Below, piece after piece: positions 44,518 through 53,112 of a stretch of DNA of 53,112 nucleotides; the stretch's first letter is position 1; each line of letters starts with the position of its first letter. The stretch comes from a virus. Taxonomy: Duplodnaviria; Caudoviricetes. The notes under the pieces were generated by a model. That model saw only the letters and a program-made list of their open reading frames with translations. It did not search any database and was not told where the DNA came from. A program made the position numbers and the translations under genes. The stretch lies in IMG/VR virus record IMGVR_UViG_3300031454_000236, positions 1-53,112 of that record; one strand, written 5' to 3'.

Positions 44518-44745
44518 TCAGTACGAGTACCGCGCGATGCCCGGCTCCGTCTCGCCGCGCCGCGCCGCCCGGTTGTCCGTGGTCGCCCACCGCGCCTGGC
44601 AGCGGGGACGCCCGCAATAGATCCGGCCCGGCTCCGGGAGGGCATCGCCGCAACGGGCGCACGTCGGCTCCTGGTAGGGCGGCGGCGTGTGGTCGCCGGA
44701 CCCGGCGCGCTCGGCGAACGCGGCGATGATGTAGGGCCGCTGCAT
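44518..44745 (-). CDS. Small zinc-finger protein
   Basis: CARC...YCGRPRC; SD GGGAG; first gene after the leader. Confidence 0.5.
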   Translation of the reverse strand: MQRPYIIAAFAERAGSGDHTPPPYQEPTCARCGDALPEPGRIYCGRPRCQARWATTDNRAARRGETEPGIARYSY

Positions 44746-44757
44746 GGCTACTCCCGC

Positions 44758-44870
44758 AAACACAGAGACGCCCTCGCCGACTGGAGCCGAAATCCAGCCA
44801 TGCGAGGGCGTCTCAGACACCCGCTCTACTTATGGCAACAATACTAGCAGCGAACGGGGATTATCGTCAA
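44758..44870 (-). promoter_or_regulatory. Promoter and terminator leader of the packaging operon
   Basis: TTGACG (44870-44865)-N18-TAGTAT (44846-44841). 13-bp stem GAGACGCCCTCGC/GCGAGGGCGTCTC (44814-44765) followed by TGTGTTT. Confidence 0.72.
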
Positions 44871-45775
44871 GCGGTCTCTTGCTCGTCCGGCGCGGCTGGT
44901 GACAACCGCTGTGGTTGACTGCCAGATCGGGACCGGTTCTCCTGCCTCGGCAATACCATCTCCTCCCAGGATGGCAGGCGACGGGTGCGCTTACCGCTGT
45001 TGTAGTACTCCAATAGCGCACGACCCACACCGGCACCGCCCCGGACATCCACGATGCCACGCGCGGCGGCGGCGCGTCCGAGTAGATGTGCGGGCGACGT
45101 GACCCGTAGCTTGTCGATGAGCGTCGCATCATCCAAACCATGTGGCGTTGCCCGACGCAACAAGGCGGCAAGGCCCAGCAAGAGGTCAGACTTGAAGGCC
45201 ATGCGATCGCCGGACCAGGCATCGCGCGCGATCAGCAGAACCCGCCGCAGCAGATCGATCCCGGCAACGTTCGCGATGTCCTCCAGCGCGACCACCGCGC
45301 CGATCTTGTTCCAAACCTTACTTGTGGTCGTGTAATCCACCGCCAGTTGCAACGCGGTGAGCACGTCTTCGATAGCCCATGTTGGGGGGTGGCCCTCTTC
45401 AAGACGCGCCTTGTATTGCTGCGCGCGACTCGTGGCAAGTCGATTCCGGTTGGAGTTGAGCCGGGCGAATAACCCGGCCTCGCGGTCATACGATAGGTGC
45501 TTGATGATCGTGCAGGGGATCGGCTGGCGCATCTGCAAACGTCGTTCCGCCAGGAGACGGTGTTGCCCATCGACCACAAAATAGCGCCCGTCCTGACGCA
45601 GAGAGACGACCAGCGGCAACCGCATCAGGGGGTCGTAGTTCGCCGCGATCCGACGAACGCGCATCTCGTTTGCGGGACGCTGATAGCGCAGGTCCAATTC
45701 GAGCACATCAGGATGCAGGATGCCACTATAAACCATCTCACCCGCCTGCAAGTGTTCCTCGATCCGCGTAACCAT
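44867..45775 (-). CDS. ParB/DGQHR-domain protein (DUF6551-like)
   Basis: YQRP...RV..I...LVVS....YFVVDGQHRLLA...EAGLFARLN. Confidence 0.78.
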   Translation of the reverse strand: MVTRIEEHLQAGEMVYSGILHPDVLELDLRYQRPANEMRVRRIAANYDPLMRLPLVVSLRQDGRYFVVDGQHRLLAERRLQMRQPIPCTIIKHLSYDREAGLFARLNSNRNRLATSRAQQYKARLEEGHPPTWAIEDVLTALQLAVDYTTTSKVWNKIGAVVALEDIANVAGIDLLRRVLLIARDAWSGDRMAFKSDLLLGLAALLRRATPHGLDDATLIDKLRVTSPAHLLGRAAAARGIVDVRGGAGVGRALLEYYNSGKRTRRLPSWEEMVLPRQENRSRSGSQPQRLSPAAPDEQETA

Positions 45776-45785
45776 GTTCTTGCTC

Positions 45786-45929
45786 CTATGCTGCTAACTT
45801 TACATTCCGCCGCCCGCACTCGGGGCAGCGGCGCACAAGTGGCATCCCGCTCTTGTTCCCGTTCGGTTCGTGTAGGGTGCCATTCACGATCTGCCCCAAC
45901 ACCCGCCCGCAGTGCGAGCACCGAAACAT
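45786..45929 (-). CDS. Com-like zinc-ribbon protein 3
   Basis: MFRCSHCGRVLG...RRCPECGRRN; SD GGAGAGG. Confidence 0.65.
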   Translation of the reverse strand: MFRCSHCGRVLGQIVNGTLHEPNGNKSGMPLVRRCPECGRRNVKLAA

Positions 45930-46078
45930 AACGAGCCTCTCCGGAGAACTTGATCGGGTATGTTTCCCGCTCAAGATCGTGTTTCCCATGCTATAATTAG
46001 GGCAACAAGAAGCCACGGCGCGGGGTCACGTCCCGCCCGTGGCATGGCACTCACCGAACCTGCAAGGAGGTTCCGATC

Positions 46079-46663
46079 ATGCCCGCCCATCATAGCATAT
46101 GCGCCCAATGTGCCATGCCCCTCAATGACCCGAAGCATCCGAAACGGAAATACTGTTCCGCGACATGTCTCCTTGCGGCACGCCGCACCAATATTCCCAA
46201 GCCGTGTGCGATCTGCGGCACTGTCTTCGTCGGGGAACATGCGAGAAATCGCCATTGCTCTATCACTTGTGGGCAGATCGCAAGAGTGCGACAACTCTAT
46301 GCGCCATCGTGGGAAGAGCGTCTGTGGTCGAAAGTTGAGAAAACCGATTCGTGCTGACTGTGGACAGGACGCACGAACGATCAAGGATACGGCACGTTGC
46401 ACGTAGACAGACAAAAAGGGAAACACTATGTCCACCGCCTTTCGTGGGAATTGGCACGCGGACCGATTCCGCATGGCCTGTTCGTCTGTCATAACTGCCC
46501 TGGTGGCGACAATCCGCGTTGCGTAAACCCCGAACACCTTTGGCTTGGGACGAATCGTGAGAATATTCATGATGCTCAGGCAAAGGGTACGCTCGCCACA
46601 GGCGAACGGCACGGATCGCGCACCCACCCAGAACGATTGCGGCGAGGTAAACGAGCCGCATGA
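46079..46663 (+). pseudogene. HNH homing endonuclease interrupted by one in-frame TGA
   Basis: SKVEKTDSC*LWTG...GYG...HRLSW...VCHNC...NPRCVNPEHL. The TGA at 46355-46357 sits where the paralog at 41678 has Trp (CWEW). Confidence 0.85.
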
Positions 46664-46724
46664 CCGCCAGAGACGGATCGGGGTCGGTGCGCCCTGCGGA
46701 TCCCGCCGTCTGTCGCCCATCGCC

Positions 46725-46940
46725 TCACTCCCCCTCCCCCTGCCGATCAGCGCGCCCGAGCACCCGCGCCACCGTCTCCCGCCTGAGGCCGGGTAGCAAC
46801 ACATAAATCGCCCCGGTATGCTTGTCGATCAGCGCCGCATCCCGCCATTGCAAGCTGCCGAGCGGGCCATGCACGAGCGCCGCCACATACTGTTTGTCGA
46901 TCAGCACCCACCCCGGCGCTAAACGCTGCATCTCGCTCAC
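46725..46940 (-). CDS. Small hypothetical protein
   Basis: Co-oriented ORF in the early operon; internal LIDK repeat. Confidence 0.4.
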   Translation of the reverse strand: MSEMQRLAPGWVLIDKQYVAALVHGPLGSLQWRDAALIDKHTGAIYVLLPGLRRETVARVLGRADRQGEGE

Positions 46941-46945
46941 GCCCC

Positions 46946-47134
46946 CTACCATCTGCGCCCTTGCCTGCGCGGTTTCGGCACCGGAGGTGGGCCGGGCGGC
47001 AACATGGCACCACAATCCCGGCAGTGCCAGCCGCCGCAGTGGTACGGTCCCTCGGTTGGGCCGAGTTTCGTGACGTGGAGGTGATCGCACTGATCAGGTG
47101 CGAGCGGCGGCAATTCCCACTCAACGCTCATCAC
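46946..47134 (-). CDS. Small zinc-binding hypothetical protein
   Basis: CDH...HCRDCG; GTGA overlap. Confidence 0.45.
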   Translation of the reverse strand: MMSVEWELPPLAPDQCDHLHVTKLGPTEGPYHCGGWHCRDCGAMLPPGPPPVPKPRRQGRRW

Positions 47135-47454
47135 GACTCCTCGCGCAAGAAACGTTGCAGAGTACGAATCGCGTCATCGGGATCACCCCGCAGCCAATCG
47201 CGGACCACCTCATTCGCGAGATAGCGCAGCCGATACATCGGATGCTGCACGCAGCCCCGTATGTGGTCGGCCACCTGTTCGGCATCACCATCGACAGGGA
47301 ACCGCGCCCCACAATAGGCGCAATAGGTGAAATCCTTCTCGCCCAAGAGCGTCATCACGTCGAGCGCATACCGCGTTTTCCACGCCACGTCGGGGGTGGT
47401 GTTCTCGTGATCGCGCGCCGCCGCCAAGGTCTGCCGAATCATCTCCGTCGCCAT
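47131..47454 (-). CDS. Hypothetical protein (CxxC...H...C zinc site)
   Basis: CAYCG...HIRGC..HP; SD GGAGG. Confidence 0.55.
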   Translation of the reverse strand: MATEMIRQTLAAARDHENTTPDVAWKTRYALDVMTLLGEKDFTYCAYCGARFPVDGDAEQVADHIRGCVQHPMYRLRYLANEVVRDWLRGDPDDAIRTLQRFLREES

Positions 47455-47455
47455 G

Positions 47456-47884
47456 CTACGCCCCCTCCTCCCGCCCCGTCGCCGCCTGCCACGGTTCGTA
47501 CATATCGGACCATGCCGCCGTGGTGCCGAACGGCAAGCGCGGATACCCCGCCTCCGGCGCTGCCGCCGCTTGGGTTTTGACCTGGAAGTCGATCGGGAGC
47601 CCGGTGATCTGCCGCCCGAGCGCGCTGAACGCCGCGCAGAGCATCGCCCAGCGCGTCCCGGCCCTGTCGCACTCGGCGGGATTGCCGACCAGCGCCCGAT
47701 AGCGGGCGTCGTCCAGCACCAGGCGCACGTCGATGTCGCGCGGGGATTTGGTGCGGAGCGCCGAACCGACCAGGTACGGCGGCGCGCCGAACGCCTGATG
47801 CAGCATCCGTCCGTACTCGTTGAGCAGCAGCCACGCGGGCATCCCCACCCCGACCGGTCGCGGTCGATCCGTGTCCATCGGCAT
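47456..47884 (-). CDS. Minimal nucleotidyltransferase-like protein
   Basis: YLVGSAL....RDIDVRL (GS plus DxD) and a distal LPIDFQV. Confidence 0.6.
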   Translation of the reverse strand: MPMDTDRPRPVGVGMPAWLLLNEYGRMLHQAFGAPPYLVGSALRTKSPRDIDVRLVLDDARYRALVGNPAECDRAGTRWAMLCAAFSALGRQITGLPIDFQVKTQAAAAPEAGYPRLPFGTTAAWSDMYEPWQAATGREEGA

Positions 47885-47940
47885 CTCGTCCCCCTCCTCC
47901 CGCCCCGCCGCCGCCCGGCAGCGGCTACACCGTTGCGCCA

Positions 47941-49707
47941 TCACTCATCCCCTGCCCACGGATCACCGTAGCTTCTCGTGATCGGCCCCTGATCGTTGAA
48001 GCCCCCCGTCACCGGGTCGAACCACATCTCCACCATGCCCGGCACCCCCATCTCCGGCTGATTCCGAACCTTCTGAATGTAGATCTGCGTCGGGCTGCTC
48101 GGCAGCGCCGGGTCGCGATGGACCACTAGCCCCACGTCGGCCTTGTTCCACCACATCTGCCCGCCCGAGATATCGCCCAGCTTCGGCACCGGGTATTCGT
48201 CGTCGACCTTCTGCATCGAGCGGGGATGGGCCACGATCCACACATGCACCTGTTGCAGCCGGGCGAAGCGCTTGATCTTCATCAGGCTCTGTGCGAGGTA
48301 TTCGTCCTCTCGGAGTCCGGGCGGTCTGCTGTGCTCCAGTTCGTTCCAAGGGTCCAACACGATGCCGTTCACGCCGCGCCGCTTGATCGCCGACTTGGCG
48401 AGATCGAGGATGCGATCGAGCGCGTAATCCTCCTGGTCCTCGTCGCCCGGCATGATGAACGTGACATACTCATCGATCCACGCCCGCGCGTTGTCGCGCT
48501 CCTCCGGGCTCATGCGCGCGGTGCGACCCATGTCGAACGGCTTCCCCGCGATCAGTTGCAGCATCCGCGACAGGTGGCGTTCCAAGGGCTGATTCTCCGG
48601 GGAGCAGATCGCGAAGCGCTGTCCGTGCAGCCACATCAGGTCGACCAGGAGCCAGTCCAGCCACGTCGACTTGCCCCGGCTCGGTATCCCGGTGACGATG
48701 CTCAGCATGCCCGGCAGGATCTTGTAGTGCGCCGCCAATGCCGTGCTACTCGGCGGCAACCCGCCCGGACGGGGGTTGTCGTACAGGTCGTTCAGGCGCT
48801 CGGCGAGCTGGTTCGGCGTGAACAGCCCCTTGACCGGGACCGGCGCCGCCGCGTCGAGGCACGCGGCCAGCCGCTCCGCGCCGTGCTGCACGAGCACATC
48901 GTTGGCGTCCTTGCACCCCTCCGGCCAGGCGGCGATCCGGCAGTTGTCCGCGCCGAGTCGCCGCACGAGCTCGTCTTGCAGGCCGCGCCCGGGCGCGTCG
49001 TTGTCGACCGCGATGATGTGCTCGCTCACCCCGCTCAGGAGATCGAGCGCCGTGGCGATCGGGGCGAAGTGACCGGTCAGATTCTTCGCGTCGACCGGCG
49101 GTGCGCCGTTCGGCATGGAGACGCAAGAGCCGAAGCCGACCACCTCGCAGGAGAGTTTGTCGATCTCCCCCTCCACCCACACCAGCGGTCGACCGGCCTC
49201 GATACCGTCCAGGCCGTACAGCACCAGTTCCGCGCCCGCCTCCAGGCGAAAGTGCTTCGCCCCATCCCGGTACTTCACGTTGACCACCGCCCCGTCACGG
49301 AAGTAGGGGAAGGCGATCGCCGTCGTCACCTTGCCGAGCTGCGGCATCCACACCCGGCGCGATTCCAGGCGGTTCCGTCGCACCACCCCCTCCGTCAGCC
49401 CGCGCTCTTTGGTCAGCCAGAGCAACGCCTTCGGGTCGAGCGCGTCGGCCTCGCCAGGCGCGTAGTCGGGGCGCTGGTAGACCTTCGGTGTCACGGGCGG
49501 CGGGGTCGCGCCGTAGTCATCCGCGCCGGACTTCACCCCGCCGGACCAGCCGCAGTGCTTGCAGGACCACGCGCCCTTGTCGACGTTGACCGCGAGGCAC
49601 TTCTCGTGCCGCTTCTTGCGCTGCGGCGAGCACTGCGGGCAGGTGGTCCGCACCTCGCCACTCGCGCCGGGCGGCACGTCGATGTCGTAATCCGCCAGGG
49701 TTGCCAT
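47941..49707 (-). CDS. Primase-helicase (T7 gp4 / Twinkle-like)
   Basis: Zinc finger CPQC...CKHC, TOPRIM VEGEID and DND, KDAND, Walker A GIPSRGKS, and VLDPW, IVAHP, ISGG. Confidence 0.93.
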   Translation of the reverse strand: MATLADYDIDVPPGASGEVRTTCPQCSPQRKKRHEKCLAVNVDKGAWSCKHCGWSGGVKSGADDYGATPPPVTPKVYQRPDYAPGEADALDPKALLWLTKERGLTEGVVRRNRLESRRVWMPQLGKVTTAIAFPYFRDGAVVNVKYRDGAKHFRLEAGAELVLYGLDGIEAGRPLVWVEGEIDKLSCEVVGFGSCVSMPNGAPPVDAKNLTGHFAPIATALDLLSGVSEHIIAVDNDAPGRGLQDELVRRLGADNCRIAAWPEGCKDANDVLVQHGAERLAACLDAAAPVPVKGLFTPNQLAERLNDLYDNPRPGGLPPSSTALAAHYKILPGMLSIVTGIPSRGKSTWLDWLLVDLMWLHGQRFAICSPENQPLERHLSRMLQLIAGKPFDMGRTARMSPEERDNARAWIDEYVTFIMPGDEDQEDYALDRILDLAKSAIKRRGVNGIVLDPWNELEHSRPPGLREDEYLAQSLMKIKRFARLQQVHVWIVAHPRSMQKVDDEYPVPKLGDISGGQMWWNKADVGLVVHRDPALPSSPTQIYIQKVRNQPEMGVPGMVEMWFDPVTGGFNDQGPITRSYGDPWAGDE

Positions 49708-50528
49708 CAGTCGATCACCCTGCGCTGTGCGGCGACGGCGGGATGGTTCGAGGGCCGTGCATGGGGGATCACCGTCTCATCCTCCCACCGCCGCTGGTTG
49801 AGCCAGGTCGCGGGCATCGGGATAAATCTGCCCGCCTCTTTCTGCCACTCGCCCCCCTGCAACTGCCGGGCGATGGCGTCGAGCATCGCCGCGACGATCT
49901 CCGGGTCCGGTCTGGCCCGCTGCCACCAGCGCACGGCATCGGCTTTGGCCTGACGCCGGGGGTAGGCCCGCCAGAAGCGATCGAACTGCTCCTGTTGCGC
50001 CTGGCTCAACTCGTGTCGCCGCAACGGGGTCGGTTCCCGCGCCCCCTGGGGGGTAAGGGGGGACTCGTTCTCTTCTACTCCCTTCTCTTCTCTTCCTTTC
50101 TCTTCCTTTCTACTAGGCGTGATAGCTACGCTATGAATCTCCGATGGTTCCTCGAATGATCGTCGAATGATCGTCGAATCCTCTTGATCATCGGGCGGTC
50201 CAGGAAGAATGCTCGCCGATGGTTTGTCGATTCTTTGCCATTGCCGGTAGTTGCGGAAGGCGATGTAGGTGCGCCCCTCGACCTCGTAGCGGATCAGCTG
50301 GCGCATCGCCCCCACCACGGCATCGATGTCCTCGGCGATCTCGCCGGTCGGCACCGCCGAATAGAGCGTGGGCAGGATCAGTCGCAGCGCGGCGGGCGAG
50401 GCTTTCAGCCGCCCATCATCATCGGCATTGGAGAACAGTCCGATATAGAGCAACTGTTGTCGGGGAGACAACTCAGCCATCCCCTCATCGGTCCAAATGC
50501 TGGGGTCTATCATTCGCTTACGCGCCAT
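49707..50528 (-). CDS. Phage replication initiator (O/DnaD-like)
   Basis: MARKRMIDPSIW...LFSNADDDGR, FDRFWRAYPRR and FIPMPATWLNQRRWED. Confidence 0.85.
   Translation of the reverse strand: MARKRMIDPSIWTDEGMAELSPRQQLLYIGLFSNADDDGRLKASPAALRLILPTLYSAVPTGEIAEDIDAVVGAMRQLIRYEVEGRTYIAFRNYRQWQRIDKPSASILPGPPDDQEDSTIIRRSFEEPSEIHSVAITPSRKEEKGREEKGVEENESPLTPQGAREPTPLRRHELSQAQQEQFDRFWRAYPRRQAKADAVRWWQRARPDPEIVAAMLDAIARQLQGGEWQKEAGRFIPMPATWLNQRRWEDETVIPHARPSNHPAVAAQRRVID
50070..50182. repeat. Putative replication origin inside the initiator gene
   Basis: Three tandem 11-bp iterons (C/G)TCGAAT(GA/CC)T at 50150-50182, next to a purine/pyrimidine-asymmetric tract (50070-50112). Confidence 0.6.
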
Positions 50529-50888
50529 TTACGACCGTCCTTTCCGGCACATGCCCTCATGCCGACAGTCGGGCAGCCGGTGATAGAGCGTTTGATAGGC
50601 GCAGTCGTAAGCCGCCGCAGTCCGCAGCGCATCGTCGTCCTGATTCGCGTAGGAGCCGATGATGTCGCAGAGGGTAAACTTGAAGCCCGCTCGCCCGTAC
50701 CACCAGTGGTTCGCGCAGAAGTCGGCGGTCCCGCGCCCGACGCTCTCGATGGCGAGGCGCAGTGCCGCGAGCCGTTCGTCGCGCGCTTCCAGTTCGGCGT
50801 AGCTGAGGCGCTTACCGCTCGGGTTGGTGTCCCGCTCGGTCGGGTGCGGTCGGTGGGGTGGCACATCGGCCATGATGATCAGCGGCAT
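50529..50888 (-). CDS. Hypothetical protein; first gene of the replication operon
   Basis: SD GGGAGG; FCAN..WYG...AYDCAYQTLY..LPDCRH. Confidence 0.6.
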   Translation of the reverse strand: MPLIIMADVPPHRPHPTERDTNPSGKRLSYAELEARDERLAALRLAIESVGRGTADFCANHWWYGRAGFKFTLCDIIGSYANQDDDALRTAAAYDCAYQTLYHRLPDCRHEGMCRKGRS

Positions 50889-50908
50889 GACGCGCACCTC
50901 CCGTACGC

Positions 50909-51107
50909 GCGGAACCCCACAGGCTGCCCAGTTGCTTGCTGAGGGCAACGGACCTGTGGGGTTCCGCAGATAGGATAACACGACACCACGCCGAACGGCG
51001 TATGTGTGTGGAAGTATTCGATTGTGCGTTGGAAGTGGGGTGCAAGCACCTGGCCTTCCGTTACCCTCAGCCCCACTATTGTAACCCCCAGGCGTACGCC
51101 CTGTCAA
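50909..51107 (-). promoter_or_regulatory. Promoter and structured self-antisense leader of the replication operon
   Basis: TTGACA (51107-51102)-N18-TACAAT (51083-51078). 15-bp stem 50909-23/50953-67. The 5' segment 51057-71 is complementary to the loop segment 50938-52. Confidence 0.75.
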
Positions 51108-51164
51108 GGGCCAAAATGTCCATTTACCCGCATTCGTACAGGGTTTTCGACCCCTACGCCGCCC

Positions 51165-51467
51165 CTATGCCACCTCTTCTCCCCGCCCCAGCAACCGCCG
51201 CTTGAACGCGTCGCCCAGCTTGCAGATCACATTGCGGTGCGCCGCGATCGTGAGGCGTTCCCCGGTCTGGGGGTTGACACCAACCCGCTCCGCGCGCTCG
51301 GTCCACTCGAAACGCCCCAGCCCGGTCCAGATCACGGCCTCGTCATTGGCCAGGGCGTCGGCGATCACCTCGATCGTGCCCTGCAGCACACGCTCGGCAA
51401 CCGCTCGACTCACGCGGCACTCCTGCGCCACGCGCTTGATCAGTTCGGTCCTGTGCAGATCGGCCAT
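51165..51467 (-). CDS. HU/IHF-like DNA-binding protein
   Basis: TELIKRVA...GLGRF....R..RVGVNPQTGE.LTIAA. Confidence 0.9.
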   Translation of the reverse strand: MADLHRTELIKRVAQECRVSRAVAERVLQGTIEVIADALANDEAVIWTGLGRFEWTERAERVGVNPQTGERLTIAAHRNVICKLGDAFKRRLLGRGEEVA

Positions 51468-51540
51468 CGCGTCCTCCTCCTGGTCGTGGGTTCGTTCGCC
51501 CCGCACGCCGCGCCCGCAGCGCCCCGCGTCGCGCGCCGGG

Positions 51541-51738
51541 TCAGGCGGTGGCCCATAACGTCCGCTGTTGCCGCTCTGGGCGCAGGCACGCAGGGCTAAA
51601 CCACAAGACCTCGCGTGCCGCGTTCTCGCGCCCCCGGCCCTTGCCCTGGCTGCCGTAGCCACCCTTCGCCTTCCACGGCACCACCACCCACCCCTCGGGC
51701 ATCGTGTGTTCGCCCTGATAGCCGCAGAGGCAGAGAAC
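51541..51738 (-). pseudogene. Stranded duplicate C-terminus of the adenine methyltransferase
   Basis: LCGY.....PEGW....WKAKGGYGSQGKGRGRENAAREVLWFSPACL matches the MTase end. Confidence 0.85.
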
Positions 51739-51753
51739 GTGGTATAATTCGGC

Positions 51754-52482
51754 ATGGATATAGCGCCTCGCGCATGGCACATCTACACCTTGGCCGATCC
51801 ACGCAGCGGGGCGATTCGTTATGTGGGATGGTCGCTGAACCCGCGTCAGCGGCTCAATGCCCATGTCTGGCGTGCTCGTCATGGCGGCGTGTACAAGTAC
51901 CACTGGATCGCGCAGCTTCTTGCTCTGGGGCTGCGCCCGAGCCTTGCTGTAGTCGAATCGGGCGATGGGGACTATGCCGAGGCGGAACGTCGGTGGATTG
52001 CCCATTACCGCGCGCTGGGTTGCCGCCTGACCAATCTGACCGATGGTGGTGACGGAGCACCGGGTCATCGCCCCTCGGCGGCGGCGCGCGCCAAGATGTC
52101 CGTTGCTCATCGCGGCAAGCGCCTGGCCCCTGAAAGCGCGGCGAAGATCGCTGCCGCACTCAAAGGGCGAAAACACAGCCCAGAACACCGTGCAAACAGT
52201 ACGGCAGCGCGCAAGGGGCGCGTTCCCACGGCGGCGATTATCGCCGCCGCCGCCGCCAATCGTGGCAGGCAACAAACCCCGGACCATATCGCCAAGCGCA
52301 CCCAACCACTTGTCGGCAAACCAAAGACCGCCCAGCGCACGCTCACCCCGGAGCAGGTTCGCGCCATCCGCATGGCCCAGGGAGTGCTCTCGCAGCGGGA
52401 ATTGGCTCGGCGCTATGGCGTCGGCGCAACCGCCATCTTCAAGATTCAACATCGCCTCCATTACTCAGAGATTCCCGACTAA
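51754..52482 (+). CDS. GIY-YIG homing endonuclease with NUMOD3-like repeats and C-terminal HTH
   Basis: IYTLADPR...RYVG.....R...H, LTNLTDGGDG and AKMSVAHRGK / GRKHSPEH. TATAAT lies 5 nt before the ATG (leaderless). Confidence 0.88.
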   Translation: MDIAPRAWHIYTLADPRSGAIRYVGWSLNPRQRLNAHVWRARHGGVYKYHWIAQLLALGLRPSLAVVESGDGDYAEAERRWIAHYRALGCRLTNLTDGGDGAPGHRPSAAARAKMSVAHRGKRLAPESAAKIAAALKGRKHSPEHRANSTAARKGRVPTAAIIAAAAANRGRQQTPDHIAKRTQPLVGKPKTAQRTLTPEQVRAIRMAQGVLSQRELARRYGVGATAIFKIQHRLHYSEIPD

Positions 52483-53112
52483 AGACAACTGACGCGCACT
52501 CTTTTTGAGGCAATGTGGCGAGAAGTCGATGACTTCACGCGCCGCATTGGCACGCCCGCGCCCGTCACCCTGCGATCCGTAACCGCCTTTTGCCTTCCAC
52601 TCGATGCGCTCCCAGCCGATAGGTACCGGGCTATCATCGTACGAACACAGCGCGATACGCAGGAGCGGGTCGTCGCCGTGCTCGATCGCCCAGGCGCGCA
52701 CGGTGGCGCTGATGTCGGTGTCATGGGTGTATAGATCGTCGTCGCGCCCCTCGTGGGCGTAGGGCGGGTCGAGCAGTACGGCGGTGAGTCCATGCTTGGT
52801 GGTCACGCTCGGTCCTACCACCCGGCTCCAATCCCCGCACGCCACGCGCACGCGCCGGAGCCGTTCGGCGAGCGCCCCAAGGTAGTCGTAGAGGTTGCCC
52901 CGCGAGGGCGCGGCGACGCCGCGCCCTCCATCGCCCAGGTGCGGTAACTGGCGATTGATACCCTGTCCGGCGTTGCCCAGGTGCGGGCGCGCGAGTTCGA
53001 TCCCCGGCTCACGGGGGGCGCGATGTCCACCGCGCCCCCCGTCCCCGAGGTGGGGGAGTTTGCGGTGGATGCCCTGGCCCTGGTCGGCGAGGTGGGGGAG
53101 TTGCCGGGCGTC
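52465..53112 (-). CDS. DNA adenine methyltransferase (D12-like), 5'-partial
   Basis: RLRRVRVACGDW and VLLDPPY; the frame is open to the window end, with LPHL(G/A) repeats. Confidence 0.85.
   Translation of the reverse strand, partial: DARQLPHLADQGQGIHRKLPHLGDGGRGGHRAPREPGIELARPHLGNAGQGINRQLPHLGDGGRGVAAPSRGNLYDYLGALAERLRRVRVACGDWSRVVGPSVTTKHGLTAVLLDPPYAHEGRDDDLYTHDTDISATVRAWAIEHGDDPLLRIALCSYDDSPVPIGWERIEWKAKGGYGSQGDGRGRANAAREVIDFSPHCLKKSARQLSLVGNL

Noticed and set aside
46355-46357. TGA recoding (Trp/Sec) as a genome-wide code change
   Set aside because: Many genes end in TGA with ATGA/GTGA coupling, so the standard code applies. A point mutation or sequencing error is simpler.

Overview
A GC-rich temperate siphovirus (prophage or phage contig). 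The host is most likely Chloroflexota, inferred from a moron carrying the FxETG...GYP...QYFER repeat typical of that phylum. Left to right: tyrosine integrase (+); lysis module (-); a small regulatory/accessory block with divergent promoters; tail-tip genes including a GH5 hydrolase, a beta-helix spike and a collagen fibre; a ~7.5 kb accessory island bounded by duplicated tape-measure 3' ends; tape measure, tail, head-tail, capsid, portal and terminase genes (-); then primase-helicase, replication initiator, HU and a partial adenine methyltransferase. Selfish elements are abundant: an IS200/IS605 tnpB element, a related protein-free ~370 bp IS200/IS605 element carrying a structured RNA, and HNH, GIY-YIG and LAGLIDADG endonuclease genes. 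The most notable signals are: (1) the RNA-only mini-element, whose removal would recreate the ATG of an excisionase-like gene; (2) a likely -1 frameshift extending the endolysin; (3) promoter plus terminator/antiterminator leaders before the late modules, alongside three Com-like zinc-ribbon genes; (4) a C4/CI-like self-antisense leader before the replication genes; (5) repeated insertions that duplicate or replace the target gene's 3' end. No CRISPR array, rRNA or tRNA was seen. All calls are by eye, without database searches.
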